Shown here: piece by piece, positions 19,801 to 28,857 of the stretch
Layout: every line of letters begins with the position of its first letter
Position numbering within the stretch: the stretch's first letter is position 1
From: a virus
Lineage: Duplodnaviria; Caudoviricetes
Strand: one strand, 5' to 3'
DNA length: 35,576 nt
IMG/VR virus record: IMGVR_UViG_3300031974_002949
Location: 1-35,576 of that record
Position numbers and translations under genes: made by a program
Notes under the pieces: model-generated
What the model saw: only the letters and a program-made list of their open reading frames with translations
The model's database searches: none
Told to the model about the DNA's origin: nothing

Positions 19801-21573
19801 AACTGATGTTGTGGCATTTACGCCAGCAATTGTTACGGTAGCCCCCTCACCTGTACCAGATGCACTAATACCAGTTGAGGCAGTTACTCCAACTGACTGT
19901 ACATAGTTACCAGTAGTTTTAGTACCTAGGGCAATGCCATTATCCTTAACATTTACTGTACCAGATGTAAATTCTAGTGTACTACCGTCAATGTTACTTG
20001 CTGTAAGAATTTGAGAAGTATTAGATGAATCATAATTAGCAACCCAATAGTTGCCGATTTCATTCCATTCAATTACCGCAGAATCGTAGGCCCGTCTGCG
20101 AACTGCTATACCTGCATTTTGAGTAGGTACACCCTGATCCGGTGTATTTTCAGATAGTAAAACTACATATGCATCACCAACTCTAACATTACCTTGTACA
20201 ACTTGTGTTTCTGCACTAAGTGTATTAACTGAAAGAATGTTAACATGCATATTACTTGCAGCGGCAGAATCAATAACACCTATAAACCCACTGGTGCTCA
20301 GAGTTCCAAAGTCTGCAGAATCAACATGTAATTGACTAATATGAGCTGAGTCAATATCAGCATTAGCAGAATTAAGTTGACCAATATAAGCAGAATCAAG
20401 TGTAGCATTTGCAGATGTCAGAGTATCTATGTCACCTGTAACAACATTAAGTTGACCTGCATAAGCAGAATCAATTGTCACTTGGCCTAATGTGGCTGTA
20501 TCAATATCTGCAGTCTTAACATTAAGTTGATCCATAAATGCTGAGTCAATATCAACATCTAAAAAATTAAGTTGTTTTATAAACGCAGAGTCTGCCGAAA
20601 ACTGTGATACATGTAGATTTGTTATAGCGGCAGAATCAATAGAAGCATCATTAACATTAAGTTGATAGATGTGTGCAGAATCAATTAATACCTGACTAGC
20701 ACTAAAGTTGGTAGCATTAGCTGAATCCAATTGAGCTTGGTCTATATCAGCAGTCAATACATTTAGCTGATCAACAATAGCAGAATCGATTGCTACTTGC
20801 CTTGCATTAAATTGATCAATATGACCAGAGTCAGCATCAAATTGTGATACATTAAGTTGATCAACATATGCGGAGTCAGCATCAAACTGAGATACATTAA
20901 GTTGATCAGCATATGCAGAGTCAATATCAGCATCATTTACATTTAACTGGCCTACATATGCAGAGTCAATAGATGCATTCTCAGCCCACACTGTATCCCA
21001 TTTTTGTGTTTGAGAACCAATATTAAATCCAGTAGCATTTGGTAAAATATTTGAATTTACGTCTGCGTTAAAAATAACATTGTCTGTATTATCATCACCC
21101 AATGAAATATTATTAGAGGCACCAGCTTTAAGCGTTGCAATACCATCAACTGTAAGATTGCCTTTTACTGATAGATCTCCGTCGATATACGCGCTGTCTG
21201 CGTGCAGGAAATGAACATCTAGTACATCTACATAGGCGGAATCTATATCAACTTGAGAAGCATTTAATTGGCCTACATAGGCAGAATCTGCTTCGAGATT
21301 TGATGTCCAAACCCGAGTATCAACATTAAGTTGACCATCAAAGTGACTTACAAAATTACTATCGGAGAAATGTGCACCTGGCGTCCATAAACCAGTGTTT
21401 TGTATAGAATCAAGCTTTGCGTCTAGTTCATTAATTGATTGTACTACATCAACTGCATCGGTAGTCAAAGAGGTGATATCACCAACAGAATCAACTAATT
21501 GATTAAATCTTTTTCTGTGCGTATTAACTGTATCACTTAATTGCACGGAAGGTATTTTTGTATTATTAGCCAT
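16810..21573 (-). CDS. Long tail fibre/spike with C-terminal Peptidase S74 intramolecular chaperone (1587 aa)
   Basis: C-terminus SDVRTKENI...LRGVWY...GVIAQEVEEVLPEVV...VDYGKMVGVLIEAVKE plus coiled coil; TVSGTTTTVNTETINLADNII motif; 15-aa DSA repeats. Confidence 0.88.
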   Translation of the reverse strand: MANNTKIPSVQLSDTVNTHRKRFNQLVDSVGDITSLTTDAVDVVQSINELDAKLDSIQNTGLWTPGAHFSDSNFVSHFDGQLNVDTRVWTSNLEADSAYVGQLNASQVDIDSAYVDVLDVHFLHADSAYIDGDLSVKGNLTVDGIATLKAGASNNISLGDDNTDNVIFNADVNSNILPNATGFNIGSQTQKWDTVWAENASIDSAYVGQLNVNDADIDSAYADQLNVSQFDADSAYVDQLNVSQFDADSGHIDQFNARQVAIDSAIVDQLNVLTADIDQAQLDSANATNFSASQVLIDSAHIYQLNVNDASIDSAAITNLHVSQFSADSAFIKQLNFLDVDIDSAFMDQLNVKTADIDTATLGQVTIDSAYAGQLNVVTGDIDTLTSANATLDSAYIGQLNSANADIDSAHISQLHVDSADFGTLSTSGFIGVIDSAAASNMHVNILSVNTLSAETQVVQGNVRVGDAYVVLLSENTPDQGVPTQNAGIAVRRRAYDSAVIEWNEIGNYWVANYDSSNTSQILTASNIDGSTLEFTSGTVNVKDNGIALGTKTTGNYVQSVGVTASTGISASGTGEGATVTIAGVNATTSVKGVASFSSDNFSVSNGVVSVKNNGIALGTETTGNYMSGISGTTNEITVSHTPGEGSSATIGLPNSVSGLTSFSSSYISADSGNIGQFSADSANVSGNLWVGGNTILKGNLTVSGTTTTVNTETINLADNIINLNSNHTGAPTQDAGLRVERGNETDVQLVWDESARYWIVGEGNAPVNSRLVTAKFLDATAPISYDSNFGSFTHDTSGVTANTYGQSGTEDGSYIKSVTVNATGHITAITADDFDNRYDNYGSWTAKDDDGTTYTITSGDILTFDEGTDIDVNFTADDNLTFSHKNVTRNNVSASETVAHSGTFDVVDSIQTSATGHVTQVATRAITLPAGSTPNNATITIDPGLGLKTGGNFTTDQASNETITLDLDSAQLRDYYLEPLVPGLTYSSIKLSGETETGDLRGNIQSDNGIFGFSHTSSGSIVPVELKIIQGDITLNDGNDLGAITFSGENSAGNTPHTDYAQIFAEATDVTDATEDGKLILRSTRGGSLYDGITLNAGITTISSATAVKFTAPADAGYATNGGWAAGTDADEKGATFFFERDTASAASAPVNLRIHNNTTSAADQMVIGQLDYVGASSGGTNLDYARIRGYARDVTSGTEDGALEMSVKSGGTRTEVFYAAGNSHTTISSPFDMYLVPTGDDIFMRGTTSGEEIQFNLGTSGQTITTSDALTFRNNSNTFTFSAESENDTSRPIDMRIVNTDIFTEDGDTIGSISFIAENFNSTEKVYSRIEAKTDDVSTGTEDGDFSIYNMVGGTETRVFRAEGLATTMSGGYCAINSGHDVALDAGTGSYSFRSERQPSSSLSGVRVNLINDPGSSTSASDIVGEINFNGYNGSGFYSDWSNIRSVIVDPTNGSEDGKLEIRTEVGGQSVLCATFENTNLTVQGDVNSISDVRTKENIETVENGLDLVSQLRGVWYNKINNEDRKVGVIAQEVEEVLPEVVNTDTEGMKSVDYGKMVGVLIEAVKEQQAMIEEMKQEIEQLKSN
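17160..18460 (-). repeat. Four internal ~45-aa repeats GxIxFxGxN...Y(A/S)xI...DxxxGTEDGxL...GG in the distal fibre
   Basis: TEDGKL, TEDGAL, TEDGDF and SEDGKL copies in the translation. Confidence 0.8.
20230..21300 (-). repeat. 15-aa (45-nt) DSAYVxQLNVxxADI repeat array
   Basis: About 19 DS(A/G) units; near-identical 45-nt tandem copies at about 20828-20920. Confidence 0.85.
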
Positions 21574-21784
21574 TTGTACCGTTCTCTAATAGTTTTTGCA
21601 ACATCAATTTTATATCACGAACATCATTTTTTATTTCATCTATTTCTTCACGCTGTTCAGCTTCTTTTTGCTTCATCAACTGACGTCTATTGTGTTTCTC
21701 TTTATTTATATTAACTATAAGCCCAGTTTTTCCGTCTCGAGCTAGATCTGGGTGATTATCAATAGGTATCAAATTTCTTTTCAT
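21566..21784 (-). CDS. Conserved small T4-like protein with C-terminal coiled coil, usually found after the VrlC-like gene
   Basis: HPDLARDGKTGLIVNIN...EIDEIKNDVRDIKLMLQKLL; overlaps both neighbours. Confidence 0.7.
   Translation of the reverse strand: MKRNLIPIDNHPDLARDGKTGLIVNINKEKHNRRQLMKQKEAEQREEIDEIKNDVRDIKLMLQKLLENGTNG
21703..21710 (-). promoter_or_regulatory. Possible intragenic late promoter TATAAATA for the 1587-aa fibre gene
   Basis: Exact consensus 130 nt upstream of the fibre ATG, but inside a CDS (N-I-N-K codons), so it may be chance. Confidence 0.4.
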
Positions 21785-23463
21785 TAAGAAGTTGCCACAA
21801 TTCTAAGGTTTCTAAAGATAGGAGGTTGTGCTTGGTTTTTAGTGTTAAAAGTAATTTTAATCTGATACTCTTTAAATGAAGCAAGATTAAATGACGCAAA
21901 TGCATATTCACTATACTCTTCATAACTTCTATTCGTAGAAATTTCTGAATAAGATTTACCCTTTACATTTTTTACATCCTTACTAAATTCAACCCAATTC
22001 TTTTCATGAATATGGTCTTCACCACCTTGAGATGTTCTATACCACACAGAGAAATCAGATCCCACTGGTCTGCTTGCATCAACATATACAACTAATGAAT
22101 CTGATGCATATTCTAAATAATATGGTATGGTAATATGTTTAGATGCAGTAGTACCACCATCAGGTTCAGTCTCGGATGTCCATGGTATAGTAGTAATTAA
22201 ATTTCTACCATCAGTGGATGCAGAGTCCTGATAATCTACAAAGAAGCTTGTGGCGTCAAGTGTACATGTAGCTGCATTAAAGTATGGTGCAACGTTTGGA
22301 TCTTGTGTTTCCATATAGACATCAAATAATGTAGACTCATTTAACCCTCTACCGCCAGCGGAATCTCCTGTAGTTGGTTGCTCCTGAGCATTAGATGCAA
22401 TAACGTATGGGTTTTTCAAATGCGATAAAATATTAGGTTCAACCAAAAGCCCTGTACGTTTTACATATGGAGTTTCAGAACCTGCAAAGCTGGTAGTAGT
22501 TGTTAAACTTGCTTCGGTGTTTAGTGCGGTTCCTCGGGGTGTTGTATATTGTATATTAAACAGCATTTGTGCTATTTCATATTGTTCAGTAGCACTTAGA
22601 CCTGTGCCACCTGCCCTGATAGTCTCGGTAGGACTTGATCCAGCATCCATCTCAAATGAATATCCATATGGATCTACAGCATTAATTACACGAGGGCCTA
22701 AGATAGCAGCACCGCTTACACCGTTAATAGTGTCTGCACTATCAAAACTGTTTACTCCATCAGAAAATAATTCTACTTTATCACCAACTCTAAATCCATG
22801 TCCAGGATGGTTTACCTTTAGAGTAGCATCACCTTGTGTGAAATATAAAGGATCGTATGTATATCTTGCTTTATTATCAATATTTGTAAGTTCTGTTAGT
22901 TTCTTTTCAGGAGGAATATTGGCATTAACTCTTGCTCTAAATTGTTTACCAGTTTCAAATTGAGCTTTATATATCTTAAATGCAATGTTTTTATTATTAT
23001 CAGCTTCCCATGAAATATCATTTGATGATCCATAGAAGCCACCACCACCAGCAGATGTAATATATTTCTTAGTATTAGTACCTGTGATGAACTCTCCGCC
23101 TTCTGCAATCCACATTTCATATGCACCGATTGGAGCTGAAGTATAGAGACAGAAACTCATATACATTTGTTGTGGTATTAAAACAGGATTATCAAATTCA
23201 AATACTACTTCAGTATTTTTATTAAAAGTTCTACTTGCATTAGTAAAAGCAGAAGCTGGCATAGTGACTCTAGAACCCGGAACAAATTCAAGAGAAGATG
23301 GAACCCCACCTTCTGTTACTGGTCTAAGTTCAAGAGTAATAGGTAATGATGCATGTGCCTTTGCAAAGAAAATACCAATCTTGGTAATAACAGTAGGTTC
23401 GGGTACCTTAAATACCTGAGCCGCGGGATTTCTTTTTTCTGTAATATTTAAAAGACTAGTCAT
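21784..23463 (-). CDS. Virion structural protein, C-terminal part of the VrlC/DUF4815-like family
   Basis: NPAAQVFKV...ITKIGIFF...LPITLELRP...GVPS and terminal FKEYQIKI...PPIFRNLRIVA motifs. Confidence 0.7.
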   Translation of the reverse strand: MTSLLNITEKRNPAAQVFKVPEPTVITKIGIFFAKAHASLPITLELRPVTEGGVPSSLEFVPGSRVTMPASAFTNASRTFNKNTEVVFEFDNPVLIPQQMYMSFCLYTSAPIGAYEMWIAEGGEFITGTNTKKYITSAGGGGFYGSSNDISWEADNNKNIAFKIYKAQFETGKQFRARVNANIPPEKKLTELTNIDNKARYTYDPLYFTQGDATLKVNHPGHGFRVGDKVELFSDGVNSFDSADTINGVSGAAILGPRVINAVDPYGYSFEMDAGSSPTETIRAGGTGLSATEQYEIAQMLFNIQYTTPRGTALNTEASLTTTTSFAGSETPYVKRTGLLVEPNILSHLKNPYVIASNAQEQPTTGDSAGGRGLNESTLFDVYMETQDPNVAPYFNAATCTLDATSFFVDYQDSASTDGRNLITTIPWTSETEPDGGTTASKHITIPYYLEYASDSLVVYVDASRPVGSDFSVWYRTSQGGEDHIHEKNWVEFSKDVKNVKGKSYSEISTNRSYEEYSEYAFASFNLASFKEYQIKITFNTKNQAQPPIFRNLRIVATS

Positions 23464-24245
23464 TAGAATCCACCCATTGATCTATCATAGGTTCCATTTT
23501 GCACAGCACCAATATTATTTACATTAGTATTGGACAACCCGGTATTGTTACTTGTAATTGTGCCACCACTTGCAGCTTTTTTAGAAACTGATGCTACCTG
23601 TGAAGGTGTATATGCATTATGCCATGTATTACCAACTTTTACTGACAATAATGGTGCTGTATAATTATCATCATTATTGCTACTTGATGGCGGAGGTGAA
23701 TGTGTGTAAGCCACCCAGGTAGAAGTTGTAGATACATTTGCCTTGACCCAGTAATTTTGTATCTGACCAAATGCACTAAATTTAGATACTCCATATGAAG
23801 TTGAATTTTCTTTGACAGCTGTTGCAACATCAGTTACTACAAATTCTGTACCATCATATTTTGTAGGCCAATTAAGTGTACTATTAGATTGTAAATAAAA
23901 CAATCCGTAAATTTTTCCGGTATTATCGGTTTTGATACCATCACCATTTGAGCTCGTGGGACCACCCTGAGCAGAAGGATATGCTGTATCATTAATATAT
24001 GAATCACCAGGTTCCTTTAACTTAGAATTTCTTCCCGCATTAGTAAATGTGGTTTTGGCTACACCCGTCTTTACATAAGTAGTAACATTTTTACCACCAA
24101 AGAAAAAATAATGAGGTATGTTTGGTCTTAGCCCCTCGAATTCAAAATAGATAAACTGAGGTCTCTGAATTGAGATCTGATCAAAGCCTATATTTTCATC
24201 AGAATAGGTAGTGACTGTTTTATTTTTATAGTATCCATGACTCAT
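23463..24245 (-). CDS. Virion structural protein, middle part of the VrlC/DUF4815-like family
   Basis: RPQFIYFEFEGLRPNIPHYFFFGGKNVT and IKTDNTGKIYGLFYL motifs; AAGGA Shine-Dalgarno. Confidence 0.6.
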   Translation of the reverse strand: MSHGYYKNKTVTTYSDENIGFDQISIQRPQFIYFEFEGLRPNIPHYFFFGGKNVTTYVKTGVAKTTFTNAGRNSKLKEPGDSYINDTAYPSAQGGPTSSNGDGIKTDNTGKIYGLFYLQSNSTLNWPTKYDGTEFVVTDVATAVKENSTSYGVSKFSAFGQIQNYWVKANVSTTSTWVAYTHSPPPSSSNNDDNYTAPLLSVKVGNTWHNAYTPSQVASVSKKAASGGTITSNNTGLSNTNVNNIGAVQNGTYDRSMGGF

Positions 24246-24257
24246 TTTTTATTTCCT

Positions 24258-27200
24258 TTACCTCAGATGGGGTCTGTATGCATCTGCGTATCCTGGTGGC
24301 TTGGTATAACCCACTGAGTTACTTATGGTTACTGTTACTCCATCCGGATCAATAAATGATTCCTCCTGTTCGGAGATATAATTTTCATCTACTTTCTTTC
24401 TTTCAGTCCAGATATCGGCCTGAGGTGTTAACTCTCCAACACCAATTGTTCTACCAGTTTCAAATTGATTTACTGGAATATAACTAGTAGCAGAATCCAT
24501 ACTCCAGTCAGCAACGGTTTCTGTATATACTGGCCAGATTGTATCTCCTTTTCTTATTACATCAGAAGATGCATCTGAATCATAAGTGGTGCCGACTTGT
24601 CTCTTAAATTGCAAAGGAGCCAAAACACCATAACCAGTATAAACAGAAGATCTATTATCATCGTCATCCCATGCGGTTTGTGCAAGGTTGTTAAATCCAT
24701 CACCCGATAGACCTTCAGTCTGTCTAACATCTGTTGGATTGTCGGGATCATATACTGTTAGTTGTGAAAGGTTCCATTCGGTCTGGCTTAGAGTTGATAT
24801 GGCCTCAATGTTAGTTAGTCTACGTTCCATACTTCTTATGTCGGACATTTTAAATCCACGATTGTCATAAGTATATGTGTTAAGATCTTTATTGTCAATG
24901 GTGTATGGAGCCAATGTAACCTTATGTAATACCATATGGGTTGGATCAATATCTCTAGGTTCTAAGAGTCTAAAACTTGATGTGCCTTGATGAGAATGCA
25001 ACCTACCGTCTGGTGCCATTGTTATCATATCAACTCTTGGTTTCCAATATTCCGCAGTGCCTATAGTTAATGTATCTGTGTTGCGCGGTATGCGTTCAAT
25101 TCTGGCTTGACCGGTATCAAAGTTACCAGATACTGGATCTTGAATAGGTCTCATATCAATAACATCGGTAAGTCTTTGTTTAATGCCAGTAGATGTAGTA
25201 TAAACAGGCACTTTATCATATGTGAGACCTGGATAGGAAGCCTTACCACCAAAATACCCAGATCCAGAAGGTGCAGCACCATGATCAAAATATTGATATA
25301 CAACTGTAATGGTACCTGCAGGTGCTGAAACTCCTGCCTTTAATTTACCTCCACCTGCACAATAGAAGTTGTCTCTTTGACCATTGTCTTTTAGGAATTT
25401 ATACATTATATCTTCACCAGATGTATCATCTGTAATACTAATGAATTTATAAATGTCAACCTTGTTAAGTTTAAATTCATTGTCTGAATTTAAAGAAAGA
25501 CCGGCCTCAGTTGTGTTGGCCGAAATTGTTTTAACTTTTTGTGTTAGTGTTGTATTTTCATACGCCAACACTGTAATTGCTGAGTTAAATGGCAACCCAC
25601 TTATAGAAGCAGATAGACCATCTCCAGCAATAGTAATAGCCGCTTCAGAGAAAATTTCTCCGCTGCTGTCTACTGTAATCAGCCATTGCTCAGCATCAGT
25701 AAGAGTATTACTACCGGTAGAGTTAATGTTTGTTGCAACACCTGCACCACTTGTAGTATCGGTTTTTACTACACCAATAGTAGTAGTTAGATTAGAAATA
25801 GTCTGTACTCTATCCCTTGTTAATGGGAACAACAGATTATCATCAGTTCTGTCATAGATGTCAGTAGAACCCAAAACAGATACTAGGTTAGCATGATTAT
25901 CAGAATCTGTACCTAATGATATTACATCTTTAATACCCTTTTGAGCATCGGTAATTCTTACATCAAAAACATGAATTCTATATTGATTGTTATATTCATC
26001 GATTTGTCTAATTCTTGCTGTACCAATGTTTACACCAGCAGCTGAATCAAAAGAACTAAGTTGATATTGATTTGATCCGGTCTTGTCAATAGTGTATAAA
26101 TTCACAACCGAATAATCATCTATTTTACCAAGAAGCCCCCAAGCACTATCTGCCAAGAAATAACTACCATAACGCGCCGAAACAAATTCATTGGTTTCTG
26201 TGTGAATGTCGTTTACAAGAGATCTTGGTTTTTCAACACGTTGTGTGTTGAAAAACTTACGTGTAATCTTTTGGCCTTCAATAAATGCAGTACCGCCTGT
26301 AACAGCATATACCAAATAATTATCATCCGCAGAATCATTTTCTACGGAAAGACTTAATTCACCACTGGTACTTCTTTCGATAAAATTACCACTTATTGAT
26401 TTTGTGCGTTGATTTATTAGATCGCCAACATAATTTAGATTATTGTCTTTTGTTTTTACAAGAGTAAATAATCCTTTGGTTACATGATATAGTTCAAAGA
26501 ATGTAGAACCTGCTGGCGCTTGTGATTTAAGACCCAATGTAAGAGTAATTTTATATCTGTCGGCACCAGGTGATGTGAGGTTTGGTGTGGTGCCAGAATT
26601 ATCATATAGTGCTACATTGTCGCCAGAAGTAATTATTTCTTCATTTACTCTAAAACCAACAATACCTGATCCTGTAGAAGAATACTTATCAATAACTAAC
26701 GTTTGGGCTTCAACCATTATCATATGGCCGGCTGCGTATGATTCAAAGCGAGGAGTATCAATAAGAGTACAGGTACCTACAACATCAGTACCAACTTTTA
26801 TAGTTACCGATCCCTCATCTGTTGTAATAGTGGCGCCCGCTTGGAATCTTAAAGAATTAAGTTCGGGAGTTGTAGATGACGTATCAACGTTTGGTTCACC
26901 TTTACCCATTTTTACAATAAGTGTATCAGGGTCTGTGACTACCACACCATTACGAGTTACGGTTTCTGATGGTATAACAGCCTTTACAGTTGCATATAAT
27001 GTTCCATCTGTAATTTCTGTGCCAACCAAAGCTGACGGCGTTGCAATGTTTGAAAGGTTTTCTAGTTTAATAAATGTAAAAGCACCTTCATTAGGACCAG
27101 ATGCAAGACTTACGTTAGTATTAAGAATTGCGCCTTCATTAAAAAGATATGTTGCAATACGTGCAATCTCAGATTGAATAATAGTCTGCATCTGAGTAAG

Positions 27201-27317
27201 TTCACGAGCCTGCAAAGCACGACCATTATTAAACAATATACGATGAAAGTGATCACTGTCTCGATAGTCATCATTATACTGACTTAAAAATGTAGTTTGT
27301 GTATATTGAGTAGCCAT
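24258..27317 (-). CDS. VrlC/DUF4815-like large virion (baseplate-associated) protein, N-terminal part
   Basis: YNDDY...RILFNNGRALQARELTQMQTIIQ; LYDNSG...PGADRYKITLTL; MSDIRSMERRLTNIE. Confidence 0.8.
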   Translation of the reverse strand: MATQYTQTTFLSQYNDDYRDSDHFHRILFNNGRALQARELTQMQTIIQSEIARIATYLFNEGAILNTNVSLASGPNEGAFTFIKLENLSNIATPSALVGTEITDGTLYATVKAVIPSETVTRNGVVVTDPDTLIVKMGKGEPNVDTSSTTPELNSLRFQAGATITTDEGSVTIKVGTDVVGTCTLIDTPRFESYAAGHMIMVEAQTLVIDKYSSTGSGIVGFRVNEEIITSGDNVALYDNSGTTPNLTSPGADRYKITLTLGLKSQAPAGSTFFELYHVTKGLFTLVKTKDNNLNYVGDLINQRTKSISGNFIERSTSGELSLSVENDSADDNYLVYAVTGGTAFIEGQKITRKFFNTQRVEKPRSLVNDIHTETNEFVSARYGSYFLADSAWGLLGKIDDYSVVNLYTIDKTGSNQYQLSSFDSAAGVNIGTARIRQIDEYNNQYRIHVFDVRITDAQKGIKDVISLGTDSDNHANLVSVLGSTDIYDRTDDNLLFPLTRDRVQTISNLTTTIGVVKTDTTSGAGVATNINSTGSNTLTDAEQWLITVDSSGEIFSEAAITIAGDGLSASISGLPFNSAITVLAYENTTLTQKVKTISANTTEAGLSLNSDNEFKLNKVDIYKFISITDDTSGEDIMYKFLKDNGQRDNFYCAGGGKLKAGVSAPAGTITVVYQYFDHGAAPSGSGYFGGKASYPGLTYDKVPVYTTSTGIKQRLTDVIDMRPIQDPVSGNFDTGQARIERIPRNTDTLTIGTAEYWKPRVDMITMAPDGRLHSHQGTSSFRLLEPRDIDPTHMVLHKVTLAPYTIDNKDLNTYTYDNRGFKMSDIRSMERRLTNIEAISTLSQTEWNLSQLTVYDPDNPTDVRQTEGLSGDGFNNLAQTAWDDDDNRSSVYTGYGVLAPLQFKRQVGTTYDSDASSDVIRKGDTIWPVYTETVADWSMDSATSYIPVNQFETGRTIGVGELTPQADIWTERKKVDENYISEQEESFIDPDGVTVTISNSVGYTKPPGYADAYRPHLR

Positions 27318-27326
27318 GTTATACCT

Positions 27327-28847
27327 TTAAAGTTGTATTACAAGTTTGATGTCTTCAGTACCAAGTCTGTTACGTGTTGTTGCAGGTTGGTTGTTGATGA
27401 AAAGTACTTCACCAGAGTAATTATCTATATCAGGATTAAATGATGTATATCCATTTGCGCCTGCACCTGTGGGTAGGGTATCAGTGTTATAGATACCAAA
27501 AATAGATGTAGTACTCAGGTCATTGTTACCATCAATGGTGACTGTTTCTCCTGAATCAAACGGTGTAAATCCTGTATATTCATCTTGGTGGTACCATAAT
27601 GTATCTGAATCATCATACCATGTTAAATAAGCTTTGGCACCGGCATTTGTGCCAGTGGTTTGATTAATAAGTGTATTATCACTAAATGTTAATGCATATC
27701 CAGTAGATGGATCTCCAGTTGCACCTGTTGGCTTTGGAGAAATACGTAATTTTTTAAGTCCTAAACCCTCAGCTGTAGTAAACTGAGCATTTGATCCATA
27801 TTGTTTTGGATTTTTAATAAGACCAATTTGTTTATAGTTTTGGTCAATCACAAACTTACCGTTTTGAGCGCCAGTAGGTTTAACGTTAAACATAATAGCT
27901 CTGCTTTTAAGATCAACTGTAGGGTCGGCACCCATACCAGAGTCTTGAGCAAATACAGGATAAATTGTGGGTGCAGCTCCAGACACCAGATAAGTATTGT
28001 CAATTGCTACATTAGCGTATTTGTAATTACTGCCCATATAGTTTAACAAACTGCCGTAACCTGCTGCCCCTGCATTGATTGAGTCTCCTACCTCAACAGC
28101 CACAATTGTTGCGTTTCCTGAAGTTGATGACATAATAGGTCTTGCTGTAGCACCAGTACCATTTCCAACTACAGTCAAAGATGGCGCTTGAGAATATTGT
28201 GCCGCAGCACCACTTTGGTTAGCAACAACTCTATATCCAATAATTTGACCGGATATGGCTGCATCCTGTACAGCTTTCTGCGGAGCTTCAGGTGCAGTAG
28301 CGGCTGCAGAATCTACATACTTTACGGGCATCCATGTATCAGTAAGATAGTTGTTAGCATCAGTTGTTGTAATAGTATAAAGATATTTCCACACATATCC
28401 ATCTGACTCAATAGGCAATGTAGTGTCAGTATGATCAGGTTTTACCGTTGACTCAACATGTGTACCAACTGCGTTTTTACCATGCCTGATACAAACATAT
28501 ACATTGTTATCATTTGTACGGACATAATATCTTGGATTCTGTTGAAGATTATCAGCATATTGAAAATACTTAGTATTAGTACTCCAGGTTTCAATAGGCA
28601 CGACAAATGATACAGCTTCGGCCAATTTTACAGATTGAAGAGACATTCTAAAACTACGTTCATCCCAATCAGATGGATCTGGATCATATACTGTGTTTGT
28701 ACCCCCTATTTCTACATTATAGGGTTGAGATTTACTTAAACCAATGTAATAGTAATTATTTGAATCACCAATGTTTTCAGCATTGTATTGATCAAGCAAA
28801 TCCTGTATAAAAAGTTTTTTTAATTTTTTAGTAATAATTGCTACCAT
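27327..28847 (-). CDS. gp8: Baseplate wedge subunit gp8
   Basis: VYVCI...P.HT...DGYVWKYLYTI...WMPV and terminal SGEVLFINN...R...EDIKLVIQL. Confidence 0.88.
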   Translation of the reverse strand: MVAIITKKLKKLFIQDLLDQYNAENIGDSNNYYYIGLSKSQPYNVEIGGTNTVYDPDPSDWDERSFRMSLQSVKLAEAVSFVVPIETWSTNTKYFQYADNLQQNPRYYVRTNDNNVYVCIRHGKNAVGTHVESTVKPDHTDTTLPIESDGYVWKYLYTITTTDANNYLTDTWMPVKYVDSAAATAPEAPQKAVQDAAISGQIIGYRVVANQSGAAAQYSQAPSLTVVGNGTGATARPIMSSTSGNATIVAVEVGDSINAGAAGYGSLLNYMGSNYKYANVAIDNTYLVSGAAPTIYPVFAQDSGMGADPTVDLKSRAIMFNVKPTGAQNGKFVIDQNYKQIGLIKNPKQYGSNAQFTTAEGLGLKKLRISPKPTGATGDPSTGYALTFSDNTLINQTTGTNAGAKAYLTWYDDSDTLWYHQDEYTGFTPFDSGETVTIDGNNDLSTTSIFGIYNTDTLPTGAGANGYTSFNPDIDNYSGEVLFINNQPATTRNRLGTEDIKLVIQL

Positions 28848-28857
28848 GGTTTATCTC

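Noticed and set aside
20230-21300. 45-nt periodic repeats as a possible CRISPR array or DGR template/variable repeat
   Set aside because: The repeats are in-frame coding with third-position variation; there are no unique spacers, no adenine-specific pattern and no reverse transcriptase or cas gene in the window
9818-21573. High density of GANTC sites (CcrM/HinfI motif), suggesting DNA-level methylation-site enrichment
   Set aside because: The sites are mostly in one orientation and frame (GAY-TCN = Asp-Ser), and many DS pairs use GAT-AGT, which is not GANTC, so this is best explained as a by-product of the protein motif; a formal count by frame would settle it
9818-21573. DS motifs as phosphopantetheine attachment sites (carrier-protein DSL motif)
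   Set aside because: The context is beta-rich rather than a helical carrier-protein fold, and the residue after DS is mostly A, D or G rather than L
23463-24258. Programmed frameshift or stop-codon recoding joining the VrlC-like fragments
   Set aside because: Each downstream ORF has its own start context (Shine-Dalgarno or TAATG overlap), and all other genes read cleanly in the standard code
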